From Phoronis australis (Eukaryota; Animalia; Phoronida): a DNA stretch of 64,000 nt. Where the stretch lies: the NCBI GenBank assembly GCA_002633005.1, contig NMRA01000447.1, positions 157,182-221,181 on the forward strand, written 5' to 3'. The notes beneath the pieces are model-generated. The model ran no database searches and was not told the DNA's origin. It saw only the letters and a list, made by a program, of their open reading frames with translations. Below are positions 55,501 through 64,000 of the stretch, in pieces; the stretch's first letter is position 1, and each line of letters starts with the position of its first letter. Both the position numbers and the translations under genes were made by a program.

Positions 55501-56170
55501 ACGCTCGCCTTTTTAGATGTAACGGGCACGAAAAGGTAGCATTTGTAGGCATCTTCACTTTCGGTCAGTCTTTCTGACAGATATGTCCCAGTAAGGTCAT
55601 CATTTTGTTTCCATAACTTCAAAAATGAGCTTTGCTGTCGTTTTCTGTGGCATGAAATTCAATCGAAAATACACCATTCCCCAAAAATTCTGCCCCTGAA
55701 CCTGCATATGACATTGGATAGTCCAGTAATGCACCTTGGATGGAAGTACCCCGCTCCGTTTGATCAGTCGTCACAGCGTAGAGATGAAAAGTTGTTAAAT
55801 CAAATGTATATACATTGCGCAGTAGTGTTCGTTTGGCTTGGATTCAAAATAGCTCACTTTGTTGCCGAATTAAAGACTATTATTGTGTTCTCTTTATTTA
55901 CAATCGCAGTACTTTGTCCAAAGGTCAAATTTCAATAAGTTTCTTGAATGATTTTTTTCTTTCACATTTATTTGGATATTTTCCCGTCTGTTACCCTTAT
56001 TGAAGGGCCGTATTTTGACACAACTGCGTTACTACGAATATAAGCCTGTTTAGACAGCGCGGTGTAACCATTTGTCCAGGATATTAACCGAGTGCAGAGG
56101 CCGTGTTATAAAACCAGTCTCTCCGGCACTTGTCGTTCTTTAATAAGGCGCTGCCCGGCTAACAGGAATC

Positions 56171-56735
56171 ATGTCTGTGGAGGTGCGGTGGACGGCCATA
56201 CTCCTTTGGATTACCACTGCATTTTTTGCAGTGGTATTGTCGAAAACGAGAAAGCGGATTATTGTAGGCGAAGAAGATTTTTATTTGACACGACAGGCTC
56301 TTAACAACGAATTTTGGTTGTCATACAAAGGGTGTTTGGCGTCCGACACCATAGTTCACACCGGACAACAAAAAATTATGTTTCGACAAGTTACCGACGG
56401 TTCAAACCTTTACCAGGGGGTTTACGATAACAGCGGAGTTCTGAGAGATTGTGAAGTCAAGAAGCGTAGGCATGACATCGAGAGCTATGTGAGGGAATTT
56501 GAAAAGGATGTGAGACAGAAACGTAAAATATCTCGGGCTAAATTTAACGTCAGCGAATCGTACATGACTCTCGATCCAAAGAAGACTGACGAAGGCTTTC
56601 TGAAGTACATCGAAACTCTTGTTAATTTTGACAAGCTGACACGAGAGTGTAGACGACTTCATGATTCTTTGAACGACGAAATTGTACGCAAAAGGACACA
56701 TCGATCTCGCAACAAGCGGTCCCTTATATTTCCAG
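56171..56735 (+). CDS. Secreted group III phospholipase A2-like precursor, first coding exon
   Basis: Signal peptide MSVEVRWTAILLWITTAFFAVVLS, ~155-aa pro-region, furin-type site RNKR, then SLIFP-G|gtatg (phase 1). This matches the start of the group III sPLA2 domain (IxPGTxWCG). No TxWCG exon was found in the remaining window. Confidence 0.72.
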
Positions 56736-59700
56736 GTATGTTTAGTTATTTTAACGCAGCACAATAGTCGCTTAGTGTTTGGACATAATGATCTTTTGAT
56801 ACTTTACGTGCGTCAAATGGCCCGTGAGGTCACCACCTTAGACCGGGTACTTGGAGGTTGTGTTTTATTAAGAACAGGATAGACGTCGGCATCAGGTTTC
56901 AATTCACGTCGTAAGACTTGAACAAATACAAAAAGAACAAGACAGTCAATATTTAGTTAAGCCGTGGAAAAAAGATTATTGAATTAAGTGAACCCGTGGC
57001 TCTTCTCAGTATCACGGATGCCTTGTGAAAAACAAAGTCAGTTTACTTTTGAATTTACCTGTTTCCAATGATAATCTGCTTGTTGAGAACCTGTTAATCT
57101 AGACGGGAACTCATTGTAACGGAACAAGATTTTTTTAAATGTCAACATATTAATATCGACTGTTTAACATATGTGTTCATTCACGGTTGTGTCATGATTT
57201 TTAAATAAATAATCTCGGCAAAGATAAAAATAACGTCTAAGTTCTGCAATTTTCCTAACGTAAAGTTAACTGCGTGTTTTGACAGATATGGGGCCTAACT
57301 AATGTGTAGAGTGCACTCGTACTCATCTGGGCCTAAGTGAATAGTGAAACCCGATACTGCACGACAGTCCGGGGAAAGGCTGCGGAGTCTGTTTTAAATA
57401 TAACCAGGAGTGAAATTCTCAAAATAAATTTAGTCACTAACGTCATTGTCTAGTGCAGTTAATTTCAGTTTTGTCTTGAGTGGACAGCGTAAGTTCAAAT
57501 TGATGAATAACATATTTATGGTTAACAACATGTGAGTGTCTTTGCTGAAGTAATCTTTCGCCGAGCCTGTAAACATCAGATTAAGGGTGTACTCCAGGAC
57601 ACACTCTAATGAAATAAATTCACTGTTGACCGTATTGGCGTTTCGTAAAGGAGAGTCACAAACCTAATTGAAGAATAAGTACTTTTCTGATTCAGTCTTG
57701 TTGTCCGGCAAATGCCATCTACGAGGGCGGCTTCTGCCACAGAGTTACGTGTACGTGTACTCAGACTTGCCTTTCGTTTATTTTCGGATACTTCGTTTCC
57801 ATACGTGTACATCATGTTGCCAGACACTCAAGATATTCACTTGAACTTCAGTCATTTATGCACTGATACAGTACTTTTATTCTTGAAATCGCCTGACGTT
57901 CGCAATCAGGCAATACCCTGCGTAGGGTACGTCACACACATGTGCATGTACATGTACTGGTGAGCCCCGGGATTGTATCGAATGCGTGGGAACGCTACCC
58001 TGAATCAGAGACAACGGCGCGTATACCGTAAATGTCAGTCGTCGTGAACTAGATTACTGAGTAGCAGAGGTTCTTCTCGTATAAAGGGATATATTTAGTG
58101 GCTTTTGACGTTTTTTCCACCAATAAGTATCTTCGAAAACGGAGCTTGTGACTCACCTTTTTATAGCAATGTATATTATCTACTGACTACTAGTCTTGTA
58201 CAGTCCATCGACACAAGTCAGAAACAGACGATTTCGTCATTTAAGTTCCAATGTGAACTGAACGGTTTTACTGGACAGGGGGTGGCAATGGTCAATGACT
58301 CTAGGCTTAGTTCTTACAGGATTATCTGTGGACCAACCAACGTGAGAGAGAACGCTAGTCAAGTTGGTCCTTATGTTGTAACATAAAAAGTTTGAGCAAT
58401 GAGCTAAATGATCACGTGGGATTTCGTTGCTACTCCTTCTCATTTAGGTCATTGGTTTGAGCAATGTGGTGCATGTATGTCGTAAACTAATTTAGTACAC
58501 GGTGGTTTTATATTGCGTCAACTATAAAGAAGCAATTTACCCCTGCAGTTCAGTCACTGACCGCGCCGTCACGTGTGGGAGCACTTGAACTCTGTTTCCG
58601 AACACGCGTGTCAATAATAAACACGTGACTAAGAGGTGTGCCAGAGGTGTCACTCCCTGTTTTCAATTTTATGTGTCTTCCTTGTCAAATTACGATCGTT
58701 ATGTATATTAAGATCAATGGGAACAGACCATGCAACATGGCTTCTCGTTAAAAGAACGAAGTAAATTAATTAATATTCGGCTACTACAACTGGTTGAAAA
58801 ATAACATCCAAGCAGTCCGATTGGGAGATCATGAGAAATTCATAAATATAATGCTCCATCTATATTGAGACATGTCAGTGGCTGGCCGCGGTTACTGGAA
58901 CTACAATGTAAAAGACAACAGACTGAATCGATGTATTCCTCACAATTTCAAGTATTTTAAAACATTCAGGATTACAAGACTTGAAACAAACCAACAAAAC
59001 GATTCATTTCGACCCAGGCCGTAGCCTAAGTCAATGACAAACGTCGTGACCGAGACATGGGCATTGATGCTCAGGCACGGATTGTACGTTTCGCATATCA
59101 TCATACAACAGCGCCGCTCTTCGGTATACGTGGAGCTTTGGCTCAGGTACGTAATAGGCGCAAGTTCTGGTGTAATTTTTTTCTTGGTGATGTCGGCACA
59201 TCATGATCCAGTTCTAATCTACTTCAAGAGTTTGTGAATAAATTATCGAATGAACGTGACAGTTGTACCTGAAAAATATCCGCTGACATTGACACCAAAC
59301 CCGTCGGAGTTTGTTGCACCTGAAAGAAGTGTAATTGCCGCGCACGCGCATCCACCATTTTGCGTGCGCTGAACGTCGCATTGGAAAAATGCTAGTTTAT
59401 AGGAAGAATACACGAGTAGATGCATAGTGAACACGAACGCGTGGCCGTGGTGTTCTTTTCATACAGCATTGTTTGATCTCGCATTTTGAAAAACAAAGCA
59501 CCACAATAATATTGATGTTTAACATATAACCCGATAATGAAAGGGAAGCGCCACAATTTGCTTACTGAAATGAGAATCAGAGTGTGAGTTAGCGAAATAA
59601 AGGTGATTTATTTTGACAATTAAACGGCACAGAGTTAATGCTGAACTGTAAAGAAAATTTATAAAAGCTCCTGGAAAGCTGGATACAAAAAGCAGTACAA

Positions 59701-60189
59701 CAGATGATGTACTGTAAGACGTAATTCATGCTTCCTCAATACTCAGCCGGTGTTTCGACAATGTATTTGTCAGAAAATTTCCCGAGATCTTGCGCTTGCT
59801 CATGTTTGACAGCGGATTTGTTATGGAAATCTCGATAACTTTGCACTCGTTAAAGCACACATTACTACACATTGACACAAAGCGAACAAAGGTAAACCCT
59901 ATCCAATTTCCATCTTGGACTTGTGCCATTTGGGGATGCAATGACCCAGGCAGAGAACATTATATGGAGAAGGTTAACTATTGATTTGGTGCACGTGTTC
60001 CTTTTGACGGAGCATGAGCGATTCTTTGGAACTTTATTCCTGCAATTTGCTGCCGTGAATGTTAATAATAATGTATTTAAAATCATTTCGTGGCATTTCA
60101 ATTGTTTTGGATGGCGGCCAAGAGACGTGAGCTGGCAATCTGTACAAAATAATGCGATATTTTCTGACACGCAGCCTACTTTACGTTAA

Positions 60190-61306
60190 AGAGTTCCCAC
60201 CATGGCCCTGTGCCTCAAAAAATTCTTAAGAGATTTAATAGCCTTTAATATACCTGTTGCTAAGAAACAAGCCAAAAATTTTTAAAATATTTTTTTTTTC
60301 TGTTATCAGGGTTGTATGTAAAGGCTGGAAGACCGTGTCCGCCGTTGTTCAGTGTTTTTACCAGTACGATACTGAGAAGTTGTGAAGAATGTCCGCGGAT
60401 AGCCGCCTTTTTCAAACATGAAAAGGTGCGTTTGTAGAGTCTGCAGTAGCATCAACTTGACTGACAACGTCTCTGTGTTCAAATTTTCTAAGTACTTGAA
60501 AGTTGCACAGATATGGCATCGGTTTGTGCGCCGCACGAGAGTGTGGAATGCCAGTGAGGAACGTGCGAGTCAGTCGGAAGCCACACTTTGTTCGGCACAT
60601 TTCAATGAATCGTGTTTCGACCAAACACAAAAACGGTGTTACGATGAAGGACTAGACACGTTGTAAGTGTATTTGCCAATTTTATAAATAGCAAACAAAC
60701 TGCTTCCATTCTAGGGCGAGTGATGGCATGTCCTCGAACCCGGCTCAGATCGAGTGTCAAGCTTATTATCCATTGTGCAGTTGTATTTTCACCGTAAGCT
60801 CATTCCATCATGGCTATAGTGAATTATACGAGTGACCCAGGTTTACTGTGGCCTTGATTATTAAGTAGCTATTTTGTGAATCATTTGACCACACATTGGT
60901 TCAGTTGGTTGTGGCTCACATACATGTATGCTTACAGCATTTCTCGTGCAAGTGGGTCGAACGGTACATACGGCCTTAAAGCCGACGAAATTTCGCTAAG
61001 TGAGAAATCGAATTAATTGCCTGATTTTTCAAGCAGTGGTGTACGTACTGTATCCACTCTCCTCTCTGTCTGCATAATAACTGTCCAGTTCTCGCCTCAA
61101 AATCGACCTGATAGTCGGCTGTGTTCCGCCATTGCAAATGACCAAACGTGTTCCACCAATCACACCATTTGGCGGGAAACTTGGAATTAAACTAATTATT
61201 CTTCAAAATTAAAAAAATGCGACACTCTTTCGTATAAAAAGTGCCTATTTAGTAATATTAGTTAACTGAAACCTCAAAAACTAAGCAACTGCATGGTGGG
61301 AACTCT
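60190..61306 (+). mobile_element. Kolobok-like non-autonomous element carrying a THAP ORF, inside the PLA2 intron
   Basis: TTAA|AGAGTTCCCACCATG ... CATGGTGGGAACTCT|TTAT: perfect 15-bp TIR and near-TTAA TSD. Confidence 0.8.
60418..60666 (+). CDS. THAP (C2CH zinc finger) domain ORF of the transposon
   Basis: MKRCVCRVC..SVFKFS...W..FVRRTR..W......LCSAHF, the THAP signature with the conserved Pro changed to Ser. Ends at a possible donor (gtaagt, 60664). Confidence 0.7.
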   Translation: MKRCVCRVCSSINLTDNVSVFKFSKYLKVAQIWHRFVRRTRVWNASEERASQSEATLCSAHFNESCFDQTQKRCYDEGLDTL

Positions 61307-63093
61307 TTATATAAACTACATGTGCTACGATACACGACACACGGATCTAGAGCCTAGTAGCAGACTTTTTTAACCCTATTATTATGTGGTTATAACATGT
61401 TATTACGAAGCCATCATTACCTAAAGATGAATCCAAACGAAATCCGGAGGCGAAATAATCATAAAATTACTCCCTTGTGACGAACTAGAGCAGAGTGATT
61501 TTTTGCCGGTGAGTCAAAAGTGAGATTAATTAAGGAACGATTGAGTAACAAGGCCGTCTGTTCGACTGGGCTAAGCGTGTTTTACCGTGAGAAATTAACT
61601 CTGGTAAACAGTATAAATATTACAACGAACATGCAACATCAGAATAATTAATACAGTAGGAATAACAATTGGTGAACATATTGAAAATAAATTTAGAGGG
61701 GGAAAAACGAAGATACCGGTGGTCTCAGCGACTTTGTTTGGCGGTCGACGGCCAACTATGAGCGACGACCTACATGTATTTCTTATAGAATACGAACTGG
61801 TGACAAAATAACGTAAGAAAGAAAACTTGGTCTGTTGCCAACTAATATAATATCAATGAATTTAAGGAAATTTTTCATTCAGCCTGAAGCATTCGTTTAT
61901 TTATTACTACAAAAATCAGCCCGGTCGCCTGGTTGCGGACATTTCTGCTCTACAGCGCAGGAAAAACACATTTAATTAGCTCCGCCGGCCTTGAATAGCT
62001 CGAACTCATGTGACCAAGTGATTAAAAAAATTACTGCGTCATGCCTCTAACACTACATTTTCCCAACGCCGACATTCAGCTCATAGAACACATTTTACTA
62101 CACTCACCCCCGTTTGCGTTTTCAATCGCGGAATTTATATTTTTAGACAACGGAGGTATCGATTATAATTTTTTGCCACGTTTAAAATATTTTTGTCTAA
62201 TAATTGAAAATTAAAGTCGGCTCAGCAGATGATTATTTTCCCGGCGAAGTGGCACATGTCAACTCCCGGGGATTCTTCGCTGGCAGTTGCGTCCAGGCAG
62301 CAAAAATCAAGCACATGTGCTCGTTATTGCAACTCAGGTTAGGAACGCCCTATTTTGAGATAAAAGTGTTTTTGCTGGTTGAAACATCGCTCTGTGTGAA
62401 TGTTTTTCTTTTCCACCTTACATTGTTGGTGGCCGGTAAAGCCAGTGCCGATTTGCTCCCAAATGCGCTGTAGGGCACAGGGCAGTTTCTGATTCTTTGC
62501 ATCAGTTTCACGATGTGACGATGAAAAAAGGACATCTGACGATATGGAATTTTTTTATCTAATTTATTACCGGAACGGGTACTGTTGCTGAAATTTGACG
62601 TACCCTCACGATGAGTCGGGGCACGTCAGTAGTGTTGGCTGCTCCGGAGAGATATGACGTAATTTTTATTCACAATTCATACTTATGATTGCATTGGATA
62701 CTTCTCGCCATATGCAAACAACAGGTAAAATTTGGACAATATATAATCAAATTTGTATAAAAATAACCAAAATGAGAATCAAAATCTACCAAACAAAATA
62801 GCAACGCTTATGCTCTCACGGGGATAGCAATGCGTTTTCAAGGACAACATAGTCGTCAATCAGAAGTCGTTCCTTAACTGGATAGAGTTCTGTACCAGTA
62901 ACGCTAGGACCTACGCTAGGACCTACGCTAGAATCTACGCTAAAATGCAAGACATCGCGAGATTACGTGAGATATTGCCTTGTATCTTAAAGAAAAGACG
63001 TGATTTTGTCTTCATCTTTCTAGTCGCTAGACTGCCACAGCTACAGTACTGAACTCTACTCGGATATTCCACGGGCTCAGGGAATAGACGACA

Positions 63094-63327
63094 GGAATAC
63101 ACATTTAGTCGGTGATTTCCTGATCCCGTCTGTTACTATAATAACAAAAGGGAATACACATGTAGTCGATGATTTCCTGATCCCGACTGTTACTTTGATA
63201 ACAGAAAGGAATACACATGTAGTCGATGATTTCCTGATCCCGACTGTTACTTTTATAACAGAAGGGAATACACATGTACATGTAGTCGATGATTTTCTGA
63301 TCCCGACTGTTACTTTAATAACATAAA
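63094..63327. repeat. 57-bp minisatellite x4
   Basis: Units start GGAATACACA at 63094, 63151, 63208 and 63265; the fourth has an extra 6 bp. Confidence 0.92.
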
Positions 63328-64000
63328 AGAAGTAATGCCATGTCACATGCTATGGTTGGTATACATTTTGGATTTTTTGAACTAGATTAACCGCTTGAGA
63401 CAAGGATTTTAAGGGAAGATAAGTATAATATTCGACTGGAAATTGTCAACGTGAACTCTAAAAATGGCATGTCTACGGCATTTTAATTTTGGTCTCATCC
63501 GTCCACCCCCTCCCCCAAATCTGCCTTGAAAGATGTATTTTGTATGCAAGAAAACTTAAACTATAAAGTAACTTTAAAAAAACATAACACACATTGATAA
63601 ATTCTTAACTGGATGAGTATAGCTGAATAGTTCGTCAAGGGTTTGTGTCGGTTTCATCTCATGACTGCAAAGAGGAAATCTTTGAACTTGCTCCATCTCA
63701 ATGCTATGCAATGGGCACGCAGCGGTGAAATCGCCGGGGTGACACTCTTATTAATCGTTCATTTGCATGACTGAAACACAGGTACACATTACTGCGATAA
63801 AACTAGTTGCGAGATATTCACGCGTAGCTAGAGTTGTGGAGGTGTTTACCTCCGCAGCAGTGATGGAGACTCATGTGGACGGGAGCTGAGAAAAAAATCG
63901 GGTAGTTTTGTTATACTCTCACGCACAGCCCATTGTACCAAGTTAACCATTAATTGCACTGAAACGAAATTTCAGACGGCTAAATATCTGTGCCTCAACC

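Noticed and set aside
63077-63346. ORF with 19-aa repeats (VIKVTVGIRKSSTTCVF)
   Set aside because: By-product of a 57-bp minisatellite whose length is a multiple of 3; no splice or promoter support

Overview
Eukaryotic (invertebrate, probably lophotrochozoan-like) genomic DNA from a draft assembly with N-gaps. It is AT-rich, intron-rich and dense in decayed transposons, with no prokaryotic operon, CRISPR, rRNA or tRNA. I reconstructed three host genes by hand from GT-AG splice sites and reading-frame phase. (1) A complete 4-exon MFS transporter of the MFSD4/NaGLT1 type (minus strand, 8649->875, 498 aa). (2) A complete 9-exon SLC35C2 (minus, 39213->29899, 371 aa). (3) The first coding exon of a secreted group III phospholipase A2-like precursor (plus, 56171-56735); the rest appears to lie beyond the window. 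Between the genes are RTE LINE 3' ends, a REL-endonuclease non-LTR fragment, a decayed Academ-type transposase, an integrase-like DDE fragment, Kolobok-like TTAA elements (one with a THAP ORF), a PIF/Harbinger MITE, CAG..-type MITEs with 5-bp TSDs, foldbacks and tandem repeats. Two duplications flanking single Ns are probably haplotype assembly artefacts. The most intriguing signals are a strong excess of TA-CATG-TA / TA-GGCC-TA / TA-CAG-TA words that look like transposon excision footprints, and a candidate spliced non-coding transcript at about 43.6-46.4 kb. I found no clearly novel protein system, and no database searches were run.
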